Source of the DNA: Schmidtea polychroa
Lineage: Eukaryota
Assembly (NCBI GenBank): GCA_044892525.1
Contig: CM097888.1
Coordinates: 74,586,001-74,650,000, forward strand
DNA: 64,000 nucleotides
Direction: 5' to 3'
Shown here: piece by piece, positions 1-15,200 of the stretch
Layout of the letters: each line of letters starts with the position of its first letter
Numbering within the stretch: the first letter of the stretch is position 1
Notes under the pieces: generated by a model
The model's database searches: none
Told to the model about the DNA's origin: nothing
Seen by the model: only the letters and a program-made list of their open reading frames with translations
Program-made: the position numbers and the translations under genes

Positions 1-266
1 ATTCGTTCCTGAACTTTCCCAAAATATATCTGTATTGTTGTCTATTTTTACAAAGAGATACAAGCAATAAAATACAATAAAGTAAACCACTAACCGAAAA
101 GACTTGGAGCATTATCACTGTTGCTTGTTACAGAACAACTGAACAGACCTGTGATATCCATTGGAGATTGAATCTTGATTGAGTTTTCGTGAGTTGAAAT
201 GGTCCGGTTGTTGAGAGCTTTCGAATCATCCAAATGATTGAGAAGTTCACTCAAACAAGAAAAAAC
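1..266 (-). CDS. MYCBP2: MYCBP2 exons 266-95 and 41-1: start of the DOC/APC10 domain
   Basis: Translation VFSCLSELLNHLDDS...PMDITGLFSCSVTSNSDNAPSLF|DNNTDIFWESSGTN resembles human VFHHINNILSKSDDG...[36 protein letters not shown]. The 53-nt GT-AG intron (42-94) is phase 1 on both sides. Confidence 0.85.
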
Positions 267-3200
267 CTAACGTTATTTAATATTTATTCAATGTAATAAT
301 ATGTTTTAAAGGTACCTAGACATTTGGTATAAAATAATTTAGTATAAAAAAAATTTGGTATAAATAAATATATAATTTAAAAGATTTAGACCAAAAAAAA
401 TTTATAATTTAATTCATAAATTTAATTCACATTCGAAATATCTTCTACGGGTTTGAGTATAAATGCGATATTGTTCTTCAAAAGTATCCCTATCATATGA
501 AGATAAACTGCCACCTCCCGGTTTCTTTTGTATTCTTCGTACGCCTTAAAAATGGAATAAATTCTTTGATTTGATATCTTTTTTTGATGGGATGGCGAAT
601 ATTGCGATGTCCACCAAGTAATTGCGCGATTATAACCTCATTATCCATAATATATTCGCCATTACACAGGATTTTCTTACTCTAATTGGTTTTAGTTAAA
701 GTGAACATATGGTCGTTTTTTTTAAAATTATTTTTTATTTGACACATTTTGATATAAAATCTATTTTACTCCAATTTTTTTAAACGAAATTTATTATCTA
801 TGAAAATTGTTTTATACCAAATATTTTTATACCAAATGTGTGTGGACCGTTTTCAAATAGTTTAGAAACGTAGTCAAATATCACAAAATTATATATTAAT
901 ACGACCCCGGCGAGTGCAAATTCGTTATATTGCCACCGACAATTAAAAAAAAAATTTTTCAGACACTGGCCTTGACAGTGCGATAAATCGTCATAATGAG
1001 TGACACATAATGTCCTTGCTCACTTACAAGCATATAAATGTACACAGTAATTCATGAGTGTGAGTGATACAAAATAACGTCACTCTGTGGATCCTAGTAG
1101 ATACAATTTACATACATACAGTTGACCTAGTTTAGCTTTGCATTCGAAAGAAGAGTGACGTCTTAGCTGTGATTAAAAACGCGTGTTAATTATTCTAAAA
1201 AGTTTTTACCAAGCAAGCATAAGGCTTGGACGACACAAATTTTATTTATGGACTGGTTCAAAACTTGTTTCTACCCAGCAATTAAAAAATATTACGAGGA
1301 TATTGGAGTTGAGCCTCGACCTCTTCTGGTGCTGGACAATGCACCAGGACATCCTTTGAAAGTTGAGACGCTCTGTAATAATTTTCCCATTAAAGTGGTA
1401 TTTTTACCTACGAATACCACTTCCTTCATACTTTAAAATTACACGGTGAACCCTTGACTAATGAAAAGCTACAGGAAATGAAGTGTCATACACCCTAGAA
1501 AATGACGTATCCGAACCTATTCCAGTCAGAAATTTGACTGTAAAAACTATGGAAAAGACCCTTCCTCTTCACAATCAATGCATGGAGTTGTTAGAAGAGA
1601 ACGATGAAGATTACGAGCGATTAAATGCTGTTAAACGTGGCTGTAATGCATTGCTTGATGATTATCGGCAAATTTTGAGCAATAAACGTAGATAAGTCAA
1701 ACAAGAAAATCTAGATTCCTTTTTACAACATCGAGAAAAATGAATAAATTATAAATTTATCCACTGTATTTTTTTTTAAATTCTTAATGCTATTTTCAAT
1801 GTTTATTTAATTTTTTATTCTTAATGTTATTTGCCTTATTATTATTCTAATTTTTATTTAATAAATATAAAGTTTTTCGAGTCTTTTTTTCAAAAATTCC
1901 CAGTTGAACGCGATCATGTCCAGAACATGTACCCGCGTTAAACGAGGGTTACCTGTATTACTTATTATGGAAAAATCCTTTATATAATATTTGATAAGTA
2001 ACCAAAAGAAAATACAATTTTTAAAATAAATTTTTATGTAGTTAAAATTTCATAAATGCCTTCATATTTATTTCTAATATTTTTATAGACACCTAAAGAA
2101 CTATATACATATGTTAGGGTAAAAAAGGTTTTAGATGCATAAAAATTACAGCTAAAGAAAAGTTTTTCTCTAAAAAACCAAAAATGAAATTTTGTTTAAA
2201 TATAATAAAACCCGTATTTTTGGTAATTTTGGAAAAATCTATGATTTAGTTGAGTTTCACAATGTGATTTGTTTTGTACTCATGATGAAAGCAGATAAGG
2301 ATGAAATGATTGAACAGCTTCAAGAATCATATGAAAGATATGACCAGTGATGTTATTCAATTTTCTTTGGAACCTGTACTCTTTCCAAATTTTCATCGAT
2401 TTGTAAAATGAAAAATCAGTACACACTTACTAGAACTTATTAAGAACCAGGGCGAGTGTAATTGTGCGTACGATATGACCCATTCTAAGTAAACAAATTT
2501 TCCTTCTATAAAATACTAATGAAATTTTAAAGTAAATCATATTTGATTTATAATTTTTTAAAGTTTCTAATCAAAGGTTTTTTCAATTGTATCTAAAAAG
2601 AAAGGAAAAATATTTGTTATTTGTTATAAATTTAGTGAACATATTCAAAACAGACATCAAAGGGATTATTGCAATTTTTAAATCCCTCTCTCTCTCTATT
2701 GTCCTAACCTATCAAATTTAACTGAATATTTAAAATCTTTACATCTAAAATTAAGATTGTTTTAAATTTTCAAAAAAATAAAATTTGAAGAAAAAAATAA
2801 ATTACTTGTGATTTTTCAAAATTGATAAAAGATTGGGAAAAAGATTCATCTGCTCCATCGGCGAACAGGAGAAGGCTCGAAATTTTCACTGTCATTTCCA
2901 ACAGTTTAATTTCCGAGACTGATAAATTATTCAAATTCGAATTGTGTATGATATTGTCTAGAATTCGGTAGAACACAGCACTACCTACTGCCCAAAGCTG
3001 CTGTGAACAAACTTTTAAATTCTTTTCTTCAATTAGACTTATTTGAGGTTTATTGCATTTATCTATGGACTTATGTTTTTCCAGAAGATTAAACATGCAC
3101 CATATCACGATTTGCAAACTGGAGTTATTTCTCACATTTTCCAACAACCAGAAATAAGTCTGTGATCCATTCTATAAAAAGTAAATGAAAACAATCTAAG

Positions 3201-6200
3201 AAACCTGATAACTGTATTGTTCAATTGTCAGTGTTCTAAGGCTAATTTCCAAAGCCAATCGTAACTCAGCTATAAATGAATAGCACAAGCAAAATCGCAT
3301 TTCTAGCATTCCACGAGTTGAACAATCTTTTTTCAATAGATTTGATCCAGTCATACTGCGTTCGAAAATCTCCATTCCAGAAGAAGACGATGCAACAATG
3401 TTGACTAACAATGACATCATTGACTGCAATAACTGACTTATAACATTAGTTGATTTATAACAAGAACTGGATCCTTTTCATAAAGTTATAACTGTAATTT
3501 GTAAAAAATAAATTTATCTTACCAATGTGGGGTTTAATACTGGTAGAGTTGGAGTCGGAGCTAGTAATGACATTATGCTCCCATGAAGAATTAGCTGTTC
3601 TACTTAATTTAAGCATATGTTGTTTCATTGCCGTTGACGGAAAGCCTGCACCAAATGATGAATTTGGTACGCTATTTTCTGTTAAATTCCCAGAACTGAA
3701 ATTGGCTTTGGTTTTCGGTTCTAATTCTTTCAATAGTGGCAAGCAACTCCAACAGTCACATTTCAAATAAATTGAACTATCATCATAGCTAACTGCGGTA
3801 TTAATTTGANNNNNNNNNNNNNNNNNNNNNNNNNNNNNNNNNNNNNNNNNNNNNNNNNNNNNNNNNNNNNNNNNNNNNNNNNNNNNNNNNNNNNNNNNNN
3901 NNNNNNNNNNNNNNNNNNNNNNNNNNNNNNNNNNNNNNNNNNNNNNNNNNAATATATTTATCGTTTTAATATCAAGATCATCAAATTTGTGTTTATTGTT
4001 AAATTATAATATATCATTGTACTGGTCATATAATTCAAGTATAATCATATTTACAATACATTAACAATTTACAAATATCATATTAAATTATCTATATTTA
4101 AAAATGATATCAATTTATTTATAATTAAATTATTATTTAATTATTTACAAAATAGAAAAAAGATTGCTTTAATTTACAAGCAGGGTTGCCAGATTTTGAA
4201 AACATCATGTCGGGAGTAACGAAAAAAAAATGAAGGATGAAGGATGGCTGACTAATAATAAACACTACATTTATTATATAGCATTTTACAAATCGGGAGT
4301 TTTTGGCATGTATATCGGGAGTCGGGAAATATACTTTCATAATGGGAGACACCCGACGAAATCGGGAGGTCTGGCAACCCTGTTTACAAGAAAGGACTTT
4401 CCCGACAAAATGCGCTATGAAAAAAGAAGAATGTCGGAAACTAAAAATTTCCGATCAATTGCTGAATCGATTCATTGAATCATGAATATCATCGTCAAAA
4501 ATGTATTCATAGAAAATTATTGCAAGTGCAACTACTAGGGTGACCACCTTTCCAGTTTCATCTGAAGATCTCAGTTTTTTCAACATATCTCTGGTCTCCG
4601 GTCGGGTGAAGGCATTTCTCGGGTTTTTTATATTAGAAATATTTAAAATCATAAATTTGAAATTATACATTCATTACAACAAATAATTTGAAAAATCAGA
4701 AGCAAACGGTAGCTGAACTCATTTGTTCAGCATAGTATTAGTCTGAGCGCCTTAGACTGTTCAATGAAATTGAGCTCTCTTGTTTTCACTGATTCTGCTT
4801 TTGCAAAATCGATTCACTGTCGATCCACTTTGTTAACGATATTTTGATCCAGATATTGAAATAAAAAATCGATTGATGAATTTTTATGAAGATCACGATG
4901 AGAGTTCAAAAGCAATTTTTCAACAAATAATTGATAGATTAGAACAAGTACATTTAAACATATCAAGAATGTCATCTTTTTCTGGTGATAATATAACGAA
5001 AGCCTACTGTTTGGCTCATATACTAAGTAATTCTGGAAGAGGAGGCTATAATTGTTTATCCTACGATATTGAAAGTTTGGTGCTAAAAGTATATGCAGAG
5101 TTTTTGCACAGCGCTAAACAAAGAGAAGAATTAAGAGACTGTTTTGAGTTTATGGAATTACCTTTTGACAACATTTTGAAACATGTCAGAACAAGATATT
5201 TTCTTTATATATTGCTGTGGGAAAACTTATTAAATGTTGGTCTGCAATCAAGACATATTTCATTAAAAAAACTGGTACCAATCCAATAATTTGGCGATTT
5301 GTGAAGGATGAACAAGATGAATTAAGGAACTATTTAACATGCCNNNNNNNNNNNNNNNNNNNNNNNNNNNNNNNNNNNNNNNNNNNNNNNNNNNNNNNNN
5401 NNNNNNNNNNNNNNNNNNNNNNNNNNNNNNNNNNNNNNNNNNNNNNNNNNNNNNNNNNNNNNNNNNNNNNNNNNNNNNNNNNNNNAATTTTTATCAGTTT
5501 CAATTAAAAAGTTAAAATCGCAAAACTTATTGAGTTCTGAGATTTACGATACGATGTTTGATCTTAAAGTAGGATTAGAAAAAAGGATCCGTGATAATTT
5601 TTTTGGTTCTAATGTGAAGTCCTCTTTAAACTCAGTAAGGCCAAATGAAGCTAGAAAATTCGTCAAGGAAAATGTCAACTGCTTTGAAAGAACTTTGGAA
5701 TATCTTTCTTTTTACTTTCAGATTTCTCCCTTTTAGACATATGACTTGTTTAAATTTCAGTGACAATGTTATTGATTACGACAAGCTTTCGAAAATTGTC
5801 ACCATTCTTAAAATTCAAGTTAACGAAGATATATTGTATGATAAAATAGGAGCAATTGATACTGTTTTTTCCTGAGTTAAATAAACTCAATCTGACAACT
5901 GAAAAATAGGTTTACTTATTCACCACATCTGCCAATTTCAACTAGTAACGCGTTTATCCAAAGGATTTTCCCACTAATGGAAAGATTGTGGAAGGATGAC
6001 AGAAACCAAATGCAAGTTGAACCGGTTAACATTGAACGCACGATCAAAGTAAATTTCGACATGGATTGTGAAGAATTCTTTAAATATTTGCAGTTGGATG
6101 CTCAATCATATTTTATTAAGGCTTTAGGAAGCCGAAGATATGCGTTTACATTTAATAAATAATTTTAATAAATAATAAATAATTTAATTATAATCTTGAA

Positions 6201-9200
6201 TAAAATCAGAAAAATTTAGTGAAAATAAATTATCCGTTTTTTTCAAATTCTCCGAGTTTCTATGAAAGACTTTCCGGGTGATTGTAAAATTAAGGTGGTC
6301 ACCCTACCAACTTCAAAAAGTTTTAATTCATGGATTTATTCGAAAATTGAAACTTGACCAAAAATGTCTCTCAAAATCTCTAAGAATTACTAAACATGTA
6401 AACGAATTACAAATATGTTAAATGAAGCTCTCACCATTTCATCGAGATTTAGACTATTTCCAAATGTATAAGGTCTCTGTAGATTATGAAGAGGCCAAAA
6501 GTTTGCATAAATTTTTGTAGGACTATGGGATTTTAATTTAATAGATCTCGACAGGTCTATTTCGGATTCTGGAAAGTATTTACTGGAACATGGAATAACG
6601 AAACATGATTCGAGACTTCGTTTAGGCTTTCGATTTTGAAGAATAGCATCATCTTCATGATTGGGCGATAAAATCCTAGGAGGATCTCCAATTTTTGAGT
6701 TTGCATTTTGGTCTCTTGAAATTATTGGAAAAGCTGATTTTGCTGATAGATTTGCAGGTTCAATTTCCAAAAGAAGCATACTATTATCATAAACCTTTTG
6801 GTAAAAATTCGTTGAGATGTGTTTCATGTTAGTCATTTCTTCACAAATGCTAGAAACAATTTTTTTATTTAATTTATAATTTAATTTATACCTGTTTCCA
6901 CTTGATATCTGTGTTGCCTCACTAAATGATTCTTCTTTGCTGAATTGGTTTTGCTGCTCCGAAAGAGTTAATATAACTGAGACTGTGTCCCATAATTTGG
7001 TAAGTTGATTAAGTTTGTTAAGAATTTCACTTTGTAAATTTTCACCTTAAATTAAAATGTAAACTCGATTTTTATCAAAATAAAATACTTAATCGGCAAT
7101 TTGAGGACGAAGAAGGTTTACCAATGTTCAGCAATTCTTCATCCAAAGAGACATGCAAACCTAATTTTGTGGTTTCCTCTTCCTTCACTTGACTATAAAA
7201 CCGATCTCGATAATGAATTGGACCATATTGGCCGCTCAGAATAGATCTACCGTCCATATGAGACTGACTTCGTTTAATACTGCCAATTGGTATTGGCGGA
7301 CTTTTATTACTACTCAGTGAGAGGTCATTGAATATTGACTATTATTATGATGAAATTATAAATAAAAATATAATGAAAATGTATAATTTGAATGAAAAGT
7401 TGTTTTAATTTTAAGTTTAATTATTCCAAAAAAACAAAAATACTATGCTAAAATTTCGTATTCATCCCTTCATCATAATTACTAAAGTTTTAGATATATT
7501 TATGTACACCTAAACTTCGATTTGGGTCGTTAATTGGGACCGTAGAAAGACGACGCAAATCGAAATCATTTATCGTATGTGTTTTTACCAGTTTTTCATT
7601 ACCGTATTTTAGCGCATATAACGCGCACGTTATACGCATTTTTACAAACCGTGCACCCCCCATGCGCGGTATCTGTGGGTGCGCGCTTTATGATTTATAT
7701 TTTACACGTGGCGGCATTGCCAGTGGAAATATTTTTATGATGTGACAGTAACCCTACCATCGGTTTTATTGTTTATTGTAATCAGATACCGTGCGCGTTA
7801 TATGCGCTAAAATTTCATGAAAAAAACAAAATTTTATTAATAAAAACATGTTTTCATATCATAAGTGTATATCAACAAAAACTTAAATTCATTATAAATT
7901 AAAACAGTACATTAAATAAAAAAACTTAAAAAATTATTTAATTAAAACGAAAGTTCGCTAAATTCATAAAAATTATAATTTTTACATTTTATAATTTTTT
8001 AAATCCTTTAATTCATTTTAAACTTAAAGACCTCACATTAAATAAAACAACATAAAAAATTATAAATTAAAACAACAAAAATTCAATAAATTTCACAGAA
8101 AGTATAATTTTTAAAATAGCATATCTTTTTTATTCTGAACTTAAAGATTCTATATTTGAAATGATGAAAATTAATTAACAACGCAACTTCGAAAACGACG
8201 CAAATCGAGGTTTTGGTGTATATCATAATAAGGAAATAGATAAGTAGTCAAGTGTGAAGTCGTTCAATAAGTCATATATGTCAAAGGGACGGTGAAAAGT
8301 ATTATTTCGACAAAAACATTAGATACATTGATTGTTAGTGGTTTATTAAGTATAAAGGAGGAATTTGTTCCAGTCTACTGCCCTCAAGATGTAATCAAAA
8401 TATCTAATTTGTAGCTTTGCATACAGCCTACCATGGGTCACTTCACAGATCTCCAAAAGTTGGTTATGCAACTTAACATTACAAAGTTTTCCATATTATG
8501 TTTTTCTCCACGTTCCACTGAATAATCTGAATCACCGCAAATTAGAGATTCTGACTAAAATCACTTGAATCCATTTTGAAATTTATCTTCAAATAAGGTA
8601 ATTGTAAATAGTACACTTGTGCAATCACTAACTCCTTTGTATTGGATTAAGTAATGTTCACTAAGACGATTACCTATTCGATTTACGTGAGTAAATTTTC
8701 TTGCTTGCATAAATTAAATTTTAATTAGCCAAAATGATAGAATTTCGATACCATGGACTTGAAATTCTAGCACAAAATTCTTGACAAATATGATTTCGTC
8801 TAATGCGGTCTTTATGATTGACCTATATTATTTTACTAAACGCCGTGTCGGGTCGGGCCATTTCAGTTTTTCGGGCCGGGACGGGTCGGGTAAAAGTTTT
8901 ACTTGCCAGTGCAGGTCTCTGCTATAAATGCATTATATGTTAACATTGCTCAGAATGTGAAAATACAATAATAAATATACAAAATTTTCAACGATTACTT
9001 TGACATCTAAAATTTTCAAAATATTTTGTTTCTGAAATACATAAATTTCTCAATAATTTATACAACATAAATCAATCTATGGAATATTTTCAAAAAATAT
9101 ATTTTAATCTTTTAGATATAAACAGTGAAATTGAAGTTACATAATTAAAGTTATCCAAACACTTGGCTCAGAGATAAGGTTGCCACCTCAGATCTGGGTC

Positions 9201-12200
9201 TAGCCGGGAGATAACTAACTGAAACCCGGAGAGGTGAGAACCCTCCTCAGAGGACTCATAAATTCCCAAGCTGCCAGTTACAATGAATTGTCAAATAAAT
9301 TGTAAAATATTTCTGTAAATCATTTAGCTTCTTCACAATTGACCAATTTTTGATCTCTCATATTCATTTCTCTTTTGTAGATAACCAATAGATACATGGT
9401 CGGCTCTTCCCTAGAGCGAAATTGGCATTAGCCAAGAGCGCCAAAGAGTTAGGAGCACTCGCTTTGCTCTCATAATTCGAAAAAAGTTGTTACAAAATTA
9501 TTTTTTATAAAGTTGTATTTTACGGATTTTTGTTTTTTGCTTTCTAAACATTTTCTTAATATTAAATTCATTACAAAATCAATGTATGTATTTCTTTTCA
9601 TTTGATGATATAGGTATACTTGTATCTTGTTGAAACTATATAAATTAGAAAATAACACGAGATAATTACGTTAGAATTTTTATTATAGATATTTTGTTTC
9701 GTTTTATGCAATACCTTTTTTATAAACACTTAAAAAATATAGTAAATATAGTAAAATATAGTAAAATTTCGCATTAAATATGAAACAAAATATTGATCGA
9801 TAGTGCCTTAATAATCTATAAACTTACTCACGGAACCATAATTTAAAATAAAGTTTCAGATTTTCTAATGCAACAAGCTTAGGCATTCGTTTTCAAAGGA
9901 AGTTCACTTTGATTCATTTAGAATAAAATGAATAGTTTCATAAAAACGAAATTTGCAAAAAGATTGGTGTTAAATGAATGTATTTTTTTCACGCAAAGAA
10001 TGTTTTTGGAACCCCTCCAAAGTTTTAGGAAACCCAGATTGAAATACACTGGTCTACAGAAACATTTTCTTAATTTGCGGTATTTTAGCATGAATCTAAT
10101 CAATTAATTGAAATTAAATAAATTTACGTTTGATGTAGCAGCTACAGCATTTGCTACCAAATCGGCTAATGAGGGCAAAACTCTTGGTATTGCTGAAATT
10201 GAGAAATTTCTCAACCCCCCGCTGTCAGAAAGCAAGCTCATATCGCCAGTATTTTGTGAGTTACTGCGAGTTATCCCATTTGAAAGTATAGGAGCAGTAT
10301 CAAATGGGGGAATATTTCTATTATCATCGATATTTGTTGAAGTGTTAATTTGTTTTTCCAATTGATGGTAGGCCGAATATAAATTGATGGATTCAGCGAT
10401 TTGTATTAAATCAGAAACAAGTCCATTTTGCCATATTATTGCTGCAAATAAAGCTCGCTGGGTTTCAGCTTGAAGTGGAGATAGCGCCTTTATTTTACCC
10501 TTTTAAATTTCAATTTAATTGATTTAAATTAATTATAAATAATCGAACTGTCATTTGAGTGTTCTGTGAAGCTGTACCTTTAGTAGATCTTCGTCTTATA
10601 ATACCGGGACTGTTTGGTTGACTGGATGATGCGGAACTGGAAATTGTTAATTTATTTTGAGTTTTTCGCCTAGAAATATTTAAAAATTGTAATAAAATTT
10701 ATTAAAATGGCAAATAAATGAAGTTAGTTCTTATAATAGTTATATACAATGTAGTGCCTTCGCTTTACGATTACATATATAAATGTTTAATTTATTTAAA
10801 TATAGATAGAATATAAAAACGTTTGTTTAAATAACGGAAAATAAAGAAACATTCAATATTCAAAATGCAGAACAAAAAGCAGAAGCAGAAGAAGAAAAGA
10901 AAAAAATTAAATCTTGTTATGAATAAAATATTAATTCTGGATTGTATTTTATTCACTAAATACAATATTATAGAGTTCTATAATTTTGATGTACATGATG
11001 GAATGAGATATTGATTTTGGTAAGAATTTCAGATATTATTTTTAATAATTTTATCTCCCAGTAGGATTTTGAACTTGATGAAATGAAATAAGAGTTTAAA
11101 TGTTGGGATTGTCATTGTTTTAAATGAATCCTAATGAGTTCATTGCCGAATATTGTATCTTATTATCTCTTTTACTTCCCATCGCTCAAGTACAAACGAG
11201 TTCAATATACAGAATAAATAGAAAAATTAAGGCAAAACAAAATTTTAAACCGACCTTAGCGTCATGTCTGGTGAATTTGGCAGTGAGATTGCTACTGTAT
11301 TTGATGAATATTTAGAAAATTCGGCTTGGTTCGTGCGAGCACTTTGTCTCCTTTTGTAAGGCAATGTTTTCGATAAAACTTTGTCCGGGGAATTATTCAG
11401 TTGATTTTGTGTGTCAGACAAAATCTAAAATAAATATTATTATAGAAAAGTTATATTTGCGGTGATTTTGTGCTATTTATAAATAATTTAAATATGATAT
11501 AACATGACATGTTTTCCCTCATTTTTTTCAGAATTTTTTTTCAAATTTTTATTCTCGGTAGTCTTTTACAGGTGTTCTTGAATAGGAAGTTCTAAGATTT
11601 GTGTTAAATAAATAAAAACTAATAAAATTTAATGAAATTGAAAATAAAAATAGATATATAATAAAAAGATCTTTTATCTTTTGATTCTTCAACTTTTTTC
11701 TTTAAATTTTTTGTTCTTTATTCTACAAATTTAAAAAAATTTAATTTTTAAAAATAAAAGAGAAAAATCGATCGAAAGATTAAAATAAAATTTCAAATTT
11801 TAAAATATCAATGGTTTTTGTGTATCACCTAATGATCAACGAATAATAAAAAGAGATAATAATGACTGTTGTAGGAACATAAGACTAATCGGTACAACAT
11901 ATTTATTGAATTCGACATCTTTGTACAAAGTGTGTCTGGTATTTGCAAATTTAGGAATGACATTACATTTCATCGAATACAACTCTCCTTATTTCGAAAT
12001 TCGATTGTGATGGCGCAGTTGTTGAGCGTAATTGTTGATTTGAACTTGACGTCTCCATTGACTGCAGCAGCTTTTCGAGATTTATCATTTGCAATGTGCA
12101 TTCAAAATATATTGGTGAAGAATTTCGTTGATCCACAAATTGTTCCAATTCGAGAGTTTTGAGAACATTTTTATTGATTAGAAAGATGGAGATGTTTGAC

Positions 12201-15200
12201 AGAAAAGTGTATATATATGAATTTTAAAACAATGTTTTAATTTATTTAATTTAATAGTGTATTTGCAATTTAATTATTAAATTAATATATTTATTAATTT
12301 GAAAGTCAGAGGCACTACTGAGAAATATTAGAAATGAAGAACTGTTAATATATTTAAGCTGATTAAACACGAAAAAAATACTTTATTTAAATAAAATACA
12401 AATTTAATACAAATTCTAGAGTATCGTTAAGATTAAGGAAAACTGTATTCCTTTCAGCCCAAAAGAACATTACAACGACAATATGCTTATTACATAACTA
12501 AATGACTGTCATATTGTAATATACAAAGTTTTTAAATATATTTATTTCTTTTTCATCTTCCATTATGGCTGATTTAAAATTCAGAAGAAATGAAAATCGG
12601 TCTACGAGGCCTAGAAGCCGAACACTGTGGTCTCAAATGTTCGTCTTTAATTGGTTCACAATCTCTACAATAACTATTCAATTTTGTTGTTCCGTCAAAA
12701 CTTGAATAAGCCTTTTCATATTATAGGAGTCTTCATGGAACCTCATTTCTGAATCCTGCAAACGCTTTGAAACTTTTCCCATATAATTTGGAACCAAAAT
12801 ATTTAATAAAGCTATAAATGAAAATTGTTAAATATAGTTCAAAAGCAATCTTGTATCAGATTTTGTTTCCCTGGAAAACTTCTCTTCCTGTTGTTATTAA
12901 ATCTTGCAATGATGTAGTTGAGGTTTTTGTGGGTTACTTGCACAGCATCGTGGCGGGAACTTTATATAGTATTGAATTGTCTTTTTTACAATTCGCGAGA
13001 TAAATGATTTTAACAGTTTTCAATAGAAATTATATATAGAAAATAAAGTAAAATGTTTTTTCTGAATACCAAAACCTATAACCCAAACAGGTTGAACTTC
13101 AATTGCATGTGCTAGGTTATTAATTAATAAGTCGGTTAATTTCTGATCACTCGTGTCCATTTTACTAATCAAATGACTAAGATCCAACACAGAAAAATTT
13201 TATTGATTCTCAATTTAAGTTACAAATCGTCACAATATTTGCACTTTTCTTTCTAAAACTTATTTGATTAACATTAAGGCAGACAACCCAATGGGTGATC
13301 GCCTTGTCTGGAACGTTAAGTTAATTTAGAATTATACTTAAAGTTTGTTTCTTTCGTTTCACTGACCTCTGATTGATTCCTTTCTATTTCGCCTCAAATA
13401 ATTATTTATCTTATATTTTTCTTCGACTGACTGGCAATTCATCTCTTTATGCTTTCTTTTTGATTCTCTTCATAAGATAATGATTTGAATGATACCGGGC
13501 AATTATTTCCCAATTTTGAGCCTAATTGTGCCAATAACAAACTATTTCCCCCATTTTCCCACTTCGTGCTTGAGGCATTTTATCACTAATTATTTTGTTG
13601 ATTGTTAGGTTTTCCACATAGGTCGGCCTTTTATATAACTCGGGTTTTCAACATTGCTTCGGATTTCCCATTGGTTTGAACTGTCCATTATAGAGTTAAT
13701 TAATTTTAATTATTTTGTTATTTCGTTATAGCTTTTCCTAGAAACCTCTCACTTATTTTTTTTATTAATTTTGGGGTCGTCTTATCATTCGGCGTTCGAA
13801 CATACCCGCTTCTCCCGTACAATATTAATTTAAAAACTTTTAAAGATTTTAATTAATTTTACACTTTTATTATTTTTATTATTTTTATTGATTTCACTAA
13901 TTTATTTTTACTTAATCCCAAATATAGATATCCGGATACTCGTCTTCCGCGTCACTGATACTAAGTCATTATTTACATAAAAATACATAGATTTTAACAC
14001 ATTGACTGCCGTGGCAATTTTCAGGGTTCCGTTCAAAAACACAATTTGATTTTAACCACTAAATAAGTCATAGTCGGCTTTCTTGACCGAAAAGGCGATT
14101 TCGTCTTACCTAGTAGTTGGCAGCCAAAGTGTTAAAAAAAGATGTTGAGTAACAAATAATTCATAAATATTATATACTTTTTGTCCCCAAAAATTGAAAT
14201 TAAGCAGAATTCATAATATTAAACTTATATATAACGGGAGTTGTCGATTGAGCCACACAATTAAGGAAGTAATCTTCACGTTTTTCATTGAAATGTTATA
14301 AGATGCATTTGCCAGTTATTACCTAAGTTATGTGGAAAGGAAATAGAAAGGAAGTTAATCACCAAAAACCAAATATAAATTACTTTGAAAATATTTTCTT
14401 TTTGCAGAATTTCAGCAGCGTAATTTATTTTTGCAGGAGTTAAAAATATCTTATTTAAATGCTCCTTTAAACACCATCCTTCTGTGAATGGTTTCAAATT
14501 GGATTTAACAGTTTTTTTGCAAAATCCAGAAGATTTGATTTGTGGTTTGACAGTGACAGCTTTCCTCCGAAATGGAATCGTTTCTTGATTTGACACCGCT
14601 GGTTCAATAGATACTATTGGTCTTTGATCTAGTGGATCAGATGGATAATATCCATACCACTGATTAAAGGAGTCAAAATGAAGCCTAACCCAGACACTGT
14701 TTTCAGTGAACAGCTGAAATGTAAATTAATTTTAATATCAACAATAATAAAAATAAATAAATAATGATTTTAATTGAAAGTAATGACTTCAACTTTACTT
14801 CTTCTTCATATCGTAATACAGTATTACATGGAATTATTCCTAAAACAGGACTGTTGAAAGAGGGTTGAGATCGAAGACGAAGTCCAGAACTTTGCTTTCC
14901 TTCAAACCAAAGATACTTCGGTTTGTCATTTTTATCTAAGAATTAAAAATGTTTCAAACTATTATATTTGAATAATGGTATTTTCTCAAATTATCTTAAA
15001 TTAATATACAACTACCACATTTTAGCATGTTTGACAAGCGGATTATACATTGATTTTTGTTTTTGAGTTGTTTTGAGGGGCAAAATGCGGGTAAAAATGG
15101 GTGCGGAAAAAGTGGTTTTAAATATTATTTATATATATATATATATCACAATATGATTAATTAATTAATTTAGTTTTTTGATAAGCCAATTGATTACTTT

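Noticed and set aside
2270-2510. Apparent in-frame TGA or splice-phase conflict in MYCBP2 exons, suggesting pseudogenisation
   Set aside because: Several alternative exon choices fit, and a homopolymer error near 260-266 would resolve the phase. It cannot be decided without RNA-seq.
10108-10365. Plus-strand ORFs overlapping MYCBP2 exons (10108-10365, 3525-3770, 11932-12162) as antisense genes
   Set aside because: They are shadow frames of coding exons with no independent homology signal.
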